From contig CP154954.1 in the NCBI GenBank assembly GCA_039621445.1, forward strand, positions 16,386,140 through 16,450,139: DNA of 64,000 bases. The letters are read 5' to 3'. The notes beneath the pieces were generated by a model. That model saw only the letters and a program-made list of their open reading frames with translations. It was not told the DNA's origin and searched no databases. Made by a program: the position numbers and the translations under genes. Shown piece after piece: positions 51,201 to 62,294 of this stretch (position 1 is its first letter; every line of letters starts with the position of its first letter). This stretch comes from Euglena gracilis (taxonomy: Eukaryota).

Positions 51201-52383
51201 CCCGGTTGCTGAGAGCAGTGTCCACCAACCCCGTTAGATTTTGGCGATGTCTGTTTTGAAGTGCTATCCGGTGCACCCGACGTTGCCCATCTTGTTCCTG
51301 TGGAGGTGGTCTGGTGGTTCCTGCGGCGGCTGGAGGTGGCCACCGCCGAGTGGGTGATGGTGCTGAGTTCCCGACCGGTGCTGTCCGCCCAGCTGGCCGT
51401 GCGGGCGGGCAGCGCCATCAACCTGCTGTGGGGCGTGCCGGCCCCCCTCCGACGACGCAGAGGCCCAGCAGCGCTGCCTGGAGGACATCGGCCGCGAAGT
51501 GAGGGTGGCCGACGGGCTACCGCCGGTGATCTGGGTGCAGGGTGGCCCAGGCTTCTGTCCCATACTTTCACCGAACTTCAATTTCACATGGTGTGACGTT
51601 TAACGAATGCAAATGGAAATCACCTGGTTGAATCTGTGTCTTTTTTCTAGATCTAACAATTGAAGCGTAAATCCGCTTCAAAGTACTTTGCTAAAATGTT
51701 TTATGGTTTTGTATCTGCATTCCCATTCCCTTCTGACTCCGGACAAGGCATTTTCATTGGGTTCCCCTGTGGCCAAGGACGTCCACCTGAGGATCGTCCG
51801 CCACGTAGCCCTGAACGTGTCCGGGTACATCCCGGAGGGGACGGAGACGGCCCCCGCACCACCGACGGAGGAGGAGCCCCCGTCCAAGGGCGGCCGGGAC
51901 CCGAAGGACTTCAAGTTCAAGGAGACCAAGGAGTCCCAGGACAAGCCCAAGGAGAAGGAGACCAAGGACAAGCCGGACAAGAAGACCAAGGACACGCCCA
52001 AGAAGGGCGTCCGCGGGAAGCAGTCCGCCTCCTCGCAGCAGCCGGCTCGGCACTCCTACGAGTCGTCCCCGGAACCGCCGGAGCGCCCGACACACAGGGA
52101 GCGGCCTAATGGAGGATTGTCTGTGATATCTCTTTCCTTATGTCATCTCTCCAGTTGGCAGTAATTTAACAGTTCTGTTCATGAAGCGTTTTTCCGCTTC
52201 CTTATAACTGAATCAGAGTATTTTTTGTAAGATTGGTATTGTGTTTCACGTTTTACTGTAATGCGATGCACCAAATCAAAACCGTTATCTGAGTTCCACA
52301 CCTCCCGTTTGCGCCGCTCCCTGTTGCCGAGGAAGCGGTCCGCCCTGGAGAACATCCAGGAGATGCTGGTGGACGACGAGTGA
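48271..52383 (+). pseudogene. E2 multi-exon ParB/Srx-like domain protein with a degenerate methyltransferase-like region
   Basis: Approximate exons: 48271-48364, 48583-48720, 48906-49268, 49438-49659, 49846-49938, 50087-50941, ~51308-51540, ~51748-52110, ~52332-52383. GQVRRPRQEHVNDLITELKNNPPQELVLTVW..KWVILSGQHRFLAA contains the ParB GxxRxxA motif. Collinear with the E1 protein (WRWSP..RPP..APLW vs WTWSP..RPP..APFW). Apparent frameshifts near 50420 and 51450. Confidence 0.8.
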
Positions 52384-55300
52384 GCGGGCGGCTGCGGCAG
52401 CCGCGGTGGCAGCGGGCGGCTGGTGCCGCCAGCGAGGGAGGGACAAGCGAGACCCAGACCTGTACCGGACCCAGACCGGACCAGACCCATACCCGCACCC
52501 AGACCCAGTCCCCAACCATGCGCACGCCTTCGCCACACCACACCCACCCATTTTGCCGTGTCTTTCCTTTGTGTTTGTCTTTGGCATGGCTGCGGAACTG
52601 GGGGCTGTGGGGTTTGTTGAAGCTGTGACTTTTGTTCTGAGAATCAAAGTTACAAATCCACAACTTGCTCAGTTAATGGTGCTTCGGGACACAATGCATC
52701 TTCTCGGTACTGTTTGATGCGTGATTCACGTTTGTTGCGTAGTTCAAGTTTGCCATTTGTCATTACAATCTGCATTCAGTTGGTTCAGTGATATTGACAA
52801 TGGCAGTTTCAGACCAGTGCACTACAGTTTGGATCAGACTAAATTTCTCTGCTTTGATTTGAGGAAGCGGAAACCCGCTTCATCGTTTCCTGCTTGTTTT
52901 TGCAGGTTTTCCCTCCTGCCCGCTTATGATGGCCCGGTACCTCAAGCGCAGACTTTGATTACAGGTCTGTATTGTTCTGTTTGTTACATTTGTATTCCGT
53001 TTGTTGTGGCTGTAATGTTTTCTGATGAATGTATTAGTTAAACTTATGCCAATGATTACTGCTGAGTTCGTGTGGTTCATCACACCCCTCCGGTTATGCT
53101 GAACGAATGTATGTCGGTATTATTATTCACTGTTTGAGGTGAATCTACTTCCATCTGACTTATCACATAATTTTTCAGTTTCTCATTAAAGCGGTTTTCC
53201 GCTTCCTTTTCGTTTTAGGAAAATTTTCTTCACTTTGCTGTAGTAATCCCTTTGGTATGATTCTTCTGCTGTTGATTTTGGTGACCTGTGTATGATTTTG
53301 AAGCGGAATGTCCTCTTTACCGCTTCCTATATTTTGTGTTTATTATTTTTCCCCCTTTGCAGGGGGTTTCGCCTTCTTCTATCTCTGGAGGCAGTCAACA
53401 TGCTCCTGGACTTTTTGTTTGATTTTGAGGCATTTTCGAGATATTTTGTGATTTTTGGACCAAAAACAGCCCAACATTGGTCGAAAAATGGTCATATCTC
53501 GAACCAGGTGGGGCGTAACGGGAAGATAGGGAGTTCTCAGGGTTTCATTTGATACTTTAAACATTTTCTTTCACTTTGCTTTATTTTCAGAATATTTTGA
53601 ACATTGTGTTTTTTTGCCCATTTTGGCCAAAAACGGGCCAAAAAGGCCAAAAAAAACATGTCAAAAAACGGGGGCGTAACTTTGGCCAGCGGTGGGGTTA
53701 CTGGGAAAGTCAGGTACCACTAGATAGGGCGTTGCTCATGGCTTGAGTTCTCCCATGGAGTCCTTTTGACAACTTGATTACCCTGGGGAGTTATTTCTGG
53801 ATCATTGGGATTACTTTAAGGGCTCCTGGGACCATGTGGGAGGCTTCCCTAAAAGACAACTCCCTGGGGAGGGAGGCAGTTCATACCGGGAAACGGGGGT
53901 TCTAATTATGTAGCCCAAGAGGCGGGGTGTCGGGGGGGGGGGTTCCCCTGGAAAGCTTCGATGTTACTCATAAAGGGACAAGAGCTCAGCGACCCTAACC
54001 CTATCTGAACCCCAAGATTGACACACTGGAAAGCCAAACCCCCAAACATGTTCAAGAAAGTGTTTGTCTCTCTGTTATAAGGGGGGCAGTTCTCCAAGGA
54101 TAACCACCTTGATAGCTCAGACAACAGAACCTGGTCGGTTGCAATGTAATACCCAGTGAAAACCTGGTGGGAATCCCTTGAAGAGCACAAAAAGCCCAAG
54201 AGGCCAAAAAATGATGCCAAGAAAAAAATGGGGGGAAATATTTATTTGTGAACAGCTGCAAACCAAGTGACCAGAAAGAGATCAAATGCCCGGAGAATAA
54301 TGAGGAACAGCGACAAGACACTTGGGACCTTGCACCAAGGAAGCAGAAACTCGGCGGTCAAGGCTGCGCTGATGGAACTGGGATGAGGTCGACTTAGACC
54401 CGCGGCACTTTCTTCAAATATTTTTTTAGCACTGTGGACCGGAGCATTTTAATGTTGTCGAAAAAAAATGCAATTCTCGAAGCCTCCTGGTTTTTTTCAA
54501 AAAAGCGCATTTGAATTTCATTCTAGGTACCAAAAAACTTAAATGCAACATCGACAAACTCGCCTAAATCGCATTTGCCAACCCTCCAAATGTCGAACGG
54601 CAAGCCTTTCCAAAAAGGGTCAGCCACAAAACAGGGCAGGCAGTTGGGGCTGTGCCTGCAGGACAATTTAACTGGCTGCTCGGCAGGCAGCAAGCAGCAA
54701 GCAGGAACAAATGGCACGCCATCACTGACTGTTCACCAACAACAAAGACCACAGTCAAAGAAGGAGGTCACTGAATGGTGGAACCATGACTGCCCAGCAA
54801 CGATGGAAGGAGTCGTAAGCTTTCACAACGGGCTAGATTTGCTTCCAACAATGCGAAACCATAATGGACGGGGTTTAGAGTCCCAACCACAAACATGTAT
54901 TGAAAAATAAACTACCAAAACAGAAATTGTTTATTGCATTGTACAGTGGAATGTTCCTGAAATTTTAAACATGAAAACTTACTCCCCCCTCCCTGGGCGC
55001 TTGGGTCCGCTCCTTCTTACGTGCAAACTTGGCCCCCTAAAGTTGGTCTTCAGCCTTAACTTGCAATTTGGCCCCCCATTAATGCTTTGGTCCTCTTTTG
55101 CACATGGCTCACTGAAATCCTTAACATGCAAACTTGGCTCCTGAGGTTGGCCCCCCGGCCTTGCCTTCAGTCGTGGCCCGGGCCAAGCGCCTGGGGGGGG
55201 GGGGGACACTCTTAGTTAGTTACGCTCTTGAGAATTCACCGACACCTCACAAAAGTCAGTATTAATCTAATCCACTTCTTTCAGACACCTGGCGACCCAC

Positions 55301-56487
55301 ATAGTGAAAATGTGCGGCAACCAATAGACGAGCCTGGTCCAAGCATTCCAGAGTTGCAAGCACGGATCAGGGATATATGAGAAGCCCGGAGAAGGGTGGG
55401 ACCGACCAATGAAAATTTGAACTCTGAATTATCTTCGCAAAAAAACTGTCACAGCTTTCTTTCGAGAAACTGTCATATTATCTTCAGAGGGTGGAAAACC
55501 TCCAAATTCCCCGTCACAAAAAAAATCAAATTTGAACCTCTTTTTTAATCCATGTTCTTATAACACTCATTCCATTAATTTTCATCCCGGATGGATCAAG
55601 AAAAATTCAGAAACAATATAAAAAACCAAAATGCAGACAAATCAAAACTTTCGCACACAAAAAAAAATACGTTGGGGCAATATAATTTGGAGAAAATAAA
55701 AAAAGGGAAACGCATTGGGAAACATAAAAGGTATTTATAGACAAAATTTCCAACATCGCCCACATTACCTTGCCCCATAAACAAATGACCGATAACTTTT
55801 CAAAACTTGCAAATAAATGTATAGAAGAAATTATATTTTATTCTGGCTTCTTTTTCTCCCTTTTGCTGTTTAAAAACGTTGAAAATAAAAGCTTCCTGGA
55901 TTATTAGAGACGCATTTGATTTTCGAGGAAAATATTTCATTTTTTTTCACATCTGGGAGAAAAACTTAATAAACTGCGATTGAGGTACATAATTTTAGAC
56001 AACTTAACTTAACATTTGATTCCAAAAGTGGTTTGTGTGGCAAAAAGCACAATTTTGCAATTTTACCGTTTTGTGCAAATTAACTATTTTCATTATCAAT
56101 TCTCTTCTCTGATTTTATAAGCATATTTAGGCCTTTAAATACATGCTGAAAAAAATGGAATTTTTTTTGAAAAACATCCTCCATATTCAATTATTGGCAA
56201 GAAAAAAAATTCTCTGACAGCTTAAAAAAATACAATTTTGACCAAAAGAAAAACAAACTTGATGGACAAAATGTATATTGGGTTTCATGTTAAGCAAAAA
56301 AACTATTCTTGGATATTTCGGCGATTCTTCAATAATTTGCACATTTTATCCATTACATATAATGTTCATTTTTTTGTCCTTTCCAACTAGGAGATATTTT
56401 TAAGGAAAAAAAGCCAAAATATTGATATCTGGAATTCACAAGAATACAGAGGGCTTCTTTTCATTAAAATATCATAGAAATGTTGAC

Positions 56488-56545
56488 ATATATATACATA
56501 TAAATATACATATACATATACATATGCATATACATATACATATAC

Positions 56546-56576
<31 letters not shown>

Positions 56577-56580
56577 TATG
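56488..56580. repeat. (TATACA)n-like microsatellite
   Basis: Directly visible. Confidence 0.95.
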
Positions 56581-57246
56581 TACAGTGGCACAGTCCAGGT
56601 GGCCGAAATTCTGCCCGGTGCGAAGCGCTGTGCCGATGCCCGGATGGTGGTGGCAGACCACCTTGGTTCTGGGCGCGCATGCTCTGCAGGTGGGCTAGTC
56701 AAGTCACGGCCCCTTGGGCACCCACCTGGAGAGCAACTCCGCAGTTACATGGCCCTCGGGTGTGCCCCCACACCCGAGGTACGGCCCGCGTCCGAACTTC
56801 CGTTGCCTCGGATTGGGGGCTTGTGGTGCAACCCCATCTCCTTGGCATAAAGGTGGTCACCCCTCTGGGATACTCTGGTCCCCGGCCAGCACCGACGGGG
56901 TCCTGGCTACCCCTCAGCCCGCCTCTTTCACCCAGAGATGGGCCAGACTTCCTGGAGCGACCCGCATAGAGTCGCCGTGGGGAGCCCTAGCCCGCGTCTC
57001 ACCAGGAGGGTATAAGGGGCTTCACCCACGTGACTCTCTCCCCGGTGCCGAATTGCACTTGGGGCTGCGCGGGAGGACCTTTCGCTCGAGTCCTCGCAGG
57101 CCGAGAGCATCACCTCGGTTGCTGCGTGGGGGACCTCGTTCATATGTTTAAACCACCTGAGCTGGCGGGAGCCCATATTGTATCCTCGCCGTGGGCGGTT
57201 GCATGGTTGCATGGGCGGTTGCAGTTGCGCGCGCTCTCTCTCTCTC

Positions 57247-58473
57247 TTCTGAAGCGGTGTTGCTGGGGGAACTCCTTGGGGGGAACTCCTTGCCGACCCG
57301 AGTGTGCGTCCTTGTGGGGAAAATGTGTTGTAAGTTGGTGTGGGTGCGTGTGTTGTCAGTCTGTGTTGCGGTTTCGCCCCAGGCTGGCAGTTGGGGCATT
57401 GTCAGGGGTGACGACTCTGCCAACCCTTGTCCCCGACCGCTCTTGTCTGTGTGGCATTAATTTTTGAAAATTTATTTTTGATGCGCTCAATTGCGCCCAC
57501 AAAATGCATTCTGCGTGTTCAGGGAGGGAGGGTGTGACCCCCCCATCCTCAAAAACGTTCGTAGTCTCAAACTTACGAAGCCACAAACATTCAGTACCTT
57601 CCCATCTACTTTTAGAACACAAAGAATTCCCAAAAGAAATGTGGGGTATGTGCAGGTGTACAAACGCCTGCACTAATGGGCCACTATTTTCACAGGGGAC
57701 TGAAGGAACTCTTTGTCAGACGCAGTACACGTACAAGGCCTACTGCACATGTCACTTAGGATGAATATGGAACAGTTTATACTTTTGATGCGCGCAATTG
57801 CGCAAATAAAAAGTATAAATTGTTTCATAAGGTACAACCGTATTGACAGCATCACCACACACGTGCACATGTTTTTTTTTACTTTTGATGCGCGCAAATG
57901 CGCAAATGCTAAGTAACACTTCCGTGTTCCTGAGATATGAATGTTAGCATGACAACGGTGATACTGAATAGCCCCCCAAATTGACTGAGCAACCGCGAGT
58001 CTGGCTGCTGCCTCCCCAGGAGCCCTCTCCTGGCGTGGACGGCGGCGACCCAGCACGCTGTCCCAGTGGACCTGGCAGAGATCCAACTCCGCCTGCGACC
58101 GGCGACTGCTGCCAGCCTGCGCGTCGTAGCACAGCTGGTCCAGCTCCGTCGCAGCGTCGGCGGAGGGTACCTGGTGCTTCAGGAGCGTCCGCAGCGCGTA
58201 CTGTAGGACATCCTTCAGCGCCGTCTCGCCCTTCGGTCCAGCGTCGGGCGCCAGCAGGGATGGCGAACGCACCCAGCCGTTTGGCCACCGCAGGACCACC
58301 GACTGGTCCTCGGACTCCTCCCCCTCGTCCGCGTCGAGGTCCTCGGGCTGCCGTCTCTCCGTGCGCAGCGCAGGACGGAAAAATGGCTCCACTACCTGTG
58401 GGGCACCCTCCGGGAAAGCACCCTTTGGGGAGGGCTAGTCAGGCCCTTTCGGTGTGGAGAGTGGCAAAAAATA
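57247..58473. mobile_element. (TC)n-flanked non-autonomous element containing a captured E1-family segment
   Basis: 57247-57455 matches 61241-61449 and 58365-58470 matches 61535-61640. The middle is different. Confidence 0.65.
57456..58364 (-). pseudogene. C-terminal fragment of an E1-family transposase plus downstream spacer
   Basis: LKDVLQYALRTLLKHQVPSADAATEL resembles E2 LLPVLRHSLQTLVRGQRLAADVEEWL. E1-type palindromes at 57482, 57789 and 57889. Confidence 0.6.
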
Positions 58474-58531
58474 TCTCTCTCTCACACACTCTCTCTCTCT
58501 CTGAAACAGTTGCTGGGTGAACTCCTTGGGG

Positions 58532-58616
<85 letters not shown>

Positions 58617-58621
<5 letters not shown>

Positions 58622-61156
58622 GATTGGTGTGGATGGGAAGTGTGTGGTGCAGGTGTGTCGGAGGTGGAGGGGGCTGCTTTGTTTTCATTCCAGGAGGTGC
58701 TCTGGGTGGTGACGGCAGGGCGTCCCCCGCCTGGCCTCCGACACAGCGAAACCGGGGGTGCCGGCTCACTACGCTGCGTCATCACTGGCCCACCACCACG
58801 GCCCCCGGTGTCCTCCTGGAAGGAAAGCTGCCGCTGCTGCTGGCGCTGCTGCTGCTGCTGCTGTCGCTGTTGCTGCTGCTGCTCCTGCTGCTGCCTGCGG
58901 GAGTTGGTTTGGGTCGTTTTGTCGGGTTTGCGGCTTTGCCGGTCCCTTGGGGGGTAGGAGGCTCCTCCCGTGGTTGTTGAACCCTCCCCCCTCCCGCTGG
59001 GGCTGGGTTGCTGCTGCTGCTGCCTTCGGCTGCGGCGGCTTTGGAGCACATCCCATTGGTTGGGGTGTGCGGGGATCGGAGGGGGGCCTGCCCGGTTTGC
59101 CCCATTCTCTCCCCTGGTGCTCCTTTGGTTGGCTGGGGGCACCGACTCCCCCCGACAGTGGCGTTCTTCAAAATTTTCCTTCATTTGTTGGACTTCTCGG
59201 GTCAGTGCAGCGATGGTCTCTGCCATTCGCTTCAGCTGCTTATGCACGGCTGCCCCTCGCCTGCCGTACACAGGGGTCCACTCGGCACCCTCTTCCTCTC
59301 TTAAGCCTTGGGTGCCCTGCACACTCTCAGGGCGGGAGGGTCTGAAAAATCTCATGGCGGCGGGGTTTTCTGTCTCCCCAGGGCGGTGCCCACGGGTCGC
59401 TTCCCTATTGGGTCACCAAGGGGCTTGGGGCCGGGGCAAATCCCGCTTTGCGAACTCCCCTGCGGAACGGGTTGGCGGGGCACAGGCACCACGCTGCCTG
59501 CCGCCCGCCTGGACATTGTGCTGTCTCGCTCCGGGAGCGTGGGGCCCGGAGTGGTTGTTAGATGGCTGCCCTGGGGGTTTGCCTTCCGGGTGGTGGTGTC
59601 GAGGACCAGGGTGGTCGGCCTCCCCGATCCTGGCGCCTTCGTGCCAGTCGTGCAACAGGTGTTCCTGGGCAGTGCTGCTGGCCATGTGGCTGGCTGCTGC
59701 TTCGTCTAGCCATTGCTGGATGGCCTCCCTCCGTTGTGGCCCACAGCAGGCCCAGACTTGGCTTTGCAGCTCGTGGTCCCAAGAAAAGAATATTGCCTTC
59801 CCTCGGCCTGGGTGCCTGCACCTCATTGCTGACTTCCATTCCTCGTACTTCTCCCTCCACTCTTTCGGCCACTCGCTCAAAATGGTGTACTTGCGCTTCT
59901 TGGAGGGGGCTTGTGAGGACGAGTCATCCTCTTCTTGTTCTTCTTCTTCGGCGAGGAATGCTTGTGGTGGGGGGGCAGGCAGCATGAGACGATTGGCAGC
60001 CTCGATGGCTGGGATGGCTGGGGCCTCGATGAGGCCTGTGGGTGCCGGGCCGTTGATGAGTGCATTGACTTGCACGTTTTGCACCAGGGCCGGGGGTTGT
60101 CCCTGTTGGTGGCTGGGGAGGTAGATGGGAATTGGGACCCGCACCTCGACTGGCACCGGCACCCGAACCTCCACGGGCACCTGCACTGGAACCTGCACGA
60201 GGCGCTCCACGATGCGATCCACGAAGACCGGCTCCCGGACCGGAACAGGTACCTGCCTCTCCACGATCACCGGTCGATCCACCAGGACCACCCGTTCCTG
60301 GTAGACCTCGCGGATGGCTGGCACCGGTGGAGCTGTTGTGGAGGTCTGGTCTGCCTCAGCATGGTGCTGGGAGGATGCACCATCGTGGATGGCCGGGGAG
60401 TCTTCCACTGGCGGTGGTGGGGGTGGGAGAGGCTTCAGGACAGGGGTGGGGATTGAAAGATCTAGAAAAGCCGGCTATCGACAGGCCAGCCTGGGCGGGG
60501 AAGCCGGGAGAGACACTGAGGCGTCCCCCAGTGTGGAGTCAGGCTGGCCTCGGTCCCTTCCCACCTCCCACAAGAGGGCTCGGTCACCGTCACCCCCCTG
60601 GACGTCTCCAGCATGCAGGTTGGCGGATGTACCAGGCGGTATCGGGACCGCGGCTGACATCGCCGGTTGGGGAGAGGAGGATTGTATTGGAGGCGGGGAC
60701 ATTCCCGGAGGGGCTGCAGCAGAAACAGCAGCCTGGCCGACAGCCTCAACGCCCCGAGGGGGAGCCCCCGGGGTGGAAGCAGGCCGGTGTTCGTTGGGCA
60801 AATGTGCGGCCCCCCTGGGTGGATGTGCTCGCGCAGAACCCTCTCCTTTGCCTTGCCCTGGAGCCTCTGGTGGTGGGTGGATGTGTGCGTGCTTGGGCAC
60901 CCGCTGCTTTCCGTGTCGCACGTGGGCCGCGTGGTCGACCTCCATCACGTCAGAGTCTGACCCCGCTCTCGGTGAAGCTGGGGGAGTCATTTCCGCCAGG
61001 AGGTCGTCAATGCCTTCTGTGGGCGCGGGTGCGGCGGGATGTCCAAACACAGCGAGTAAATCCTCCGTTGAGGGAGCATGTGCTTGGTCCAGCGGTATGG
61101 CGGTGGCCCACGGGGCAGGCGGCGCGCGGTTTGGGCCGGTGAGAAGCCACCTCCAG

Positions 61157-61157
<1 letters not shown>
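58617..61157 (-). mobile_element. Retroelement ORF1/gag-like region between two long (TC)n tracts, with a 2A-like motif and no RT
   Basis: ORFs 61050-60475, 60408-59413 and 59355-58617 (the last two are in frame across one stop). V/P-rich repeats, RIGEADHPGP, a coiled-coil-like stretch and poly-Q. (TC)n at 58535-58616 and 61158-61240. Confidence 0.55.
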
Positions 61158-61240
<83 letters not shown>

Positions 61241-61244
<4 letters not shown>

Positions 61245-61828
61245 GAATCGGTGTTGCTGGGGGAACTCCTTGGGGGGAACTCCTTGCCGACCCGAGAGTG
61301 TGTGCTTGTGGGGGAAGTGTGTTGTCAGTCGGTGTGGGCGCGTGTGTTGTCAGTCTGTGTTGCGGTTTCGCCCCAGGCTGGCAGGTGGGGCATCGTCAGG
61401 GGTGACGACCCTGCCAACCCTCGTCCCCGACCGCTCTTGTCTGTGTGGCGCAGACCGTTACAAACGAGCTCTGCGTCACCCTCCCGGGGGTGGGGGAGGG
61501 GGGGGGGCTGAAAAAAACCGGCCCCAAGAACAAGGCAGCGCGGGACGGAAAAATGGTCCACTACCTACGGGGCACCCTCCGGGACAGCACCCTTTTGGGA
61601 GGGCGAGACAAGGCCCTTTCGGTGTGGAAAGAGGCAAAAATTGCCGAAAAATACGGACGGCACCCGAAGGCTTGGGGCGTGAGTACCCAAATTAAGCCGC
61701 CGGTCCTGGGGTCGCAGCACCAACCCCTGGGGGAGGGGGTGGCCTGAGCCGCCGGTTGCTCAGCAGAACTGCCGCGGGTTTAGCCCACAAAATGGGGCGC
61801 TGGGGGCGAGGCATGGGGGTACGAAACA

Positions 61829-61830
<2 letters not shown>
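61241..61830. mobile_element. ~590 bp (TC)n-flanked non-autonomous element
   Basis: Bounded by (TC)n at 61158-61240 and 61831-61881; parts are repeated at 57247, 58365 and 58500. Confidence 0.6.
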
Positions 61831-61875
<45 letters not shown>

Positions 61876-61886
61876 TCTCTCTTTGG

Positions 61887-62294
61887 TAAACCCTCCCCCC
61901 AAATAATAACCCCCCCAAATTACCCCCCAAATCCCCCTCGGGCCGAGACTTCGGTGACCCCCGCCCCCCCCCCCTAATTTCGGGCCGACGTCCCGATTTT
62001 GAAAATGTAGGTAAATAAATAACCATCTTTGACAATAAATTACACAAAAAAATTATTCATTACAAAAATATTTTTCTGGATCATCTGGCGTCCAAAAATG
62101 CTAAATTTCATGAGAAAATAAAATAAATGACCAAAAAAGGGGGGGTTGGGTGCTATTTTGGGTCCTATGTGACTTCGAAAAACTTCGAAAATTCTGGGGA
62201 GCTATTACTCCCCCCAAATAATACCCACCCCTCGTGCGGGACTTCGGGCGAAAAAATAATAACCCGGGGGGGGAGATATTATTTGGGGGGGTTA
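61887..62294. mobile_element. MITE (CCCCAAATAATA ends)
   Basis: Inverted ends CCCCCCAAATAATA / TATTATTTGGGGGGGGTTA. A related element lies at ~33005-33300. Confidence 0.6.

Larger units (their letters stand above)
42967..53326. promoter_or_regulatory. Dispersed E2-specific 18-bp palindrome GAAGCGG-N4-CCGCTTC (21 copies plus 1 long-spacer variant)
   Basis: Starts at 42967, 43193, 43588, 43907, 44225, 44468, 44812, 45094, 45184, 45872, 46658, 47624, 47654, 48515, 49386, 49741, 50968, 51662, 52183, 52864, 53188; variant at 53300. Confidence 0.85.
42825..53330 (+). mobile_element. E2: related DNA transposon of at least 10.5 kb (transposase + ParB-like gene); right TIR not found
   Basis: Starts CTTAGGCGGC, the same 10 nt as the E1 TIR, and has the same gene order as E1. 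The right limit is set only by the last palindromes (53188, 53300). Confidence 0.7.

Noticed and set aside
36641-52383. Bacterial or plasmid parAB contamination
   Set aside because: The genes have spliceosomal-type introns, one at a shared position, and a host-type MITE inside an intron; there is no ParA Walker-A ORF.
42967-53326. CRISPR array interpretation of the repeated palindromes
   Set aside because: Spacing is irregular (30 to ~1200 bp), the intervals contain exons, and there is no cas-like ORF.
53330-54600. Right TIR of E2
   Set aside because: No complement of CTTAGGCGGCGTAAACT found. CGCCTAA at 54561 matches too little, and the region is occupied by another repeat.
56580-57233. Possible structured RNA, ribozyme or LTR in a GC-rich non-coding block
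   Set aside because: One local hairpin (~57068-57097), but no second copy or recognisable consensus to support a call.
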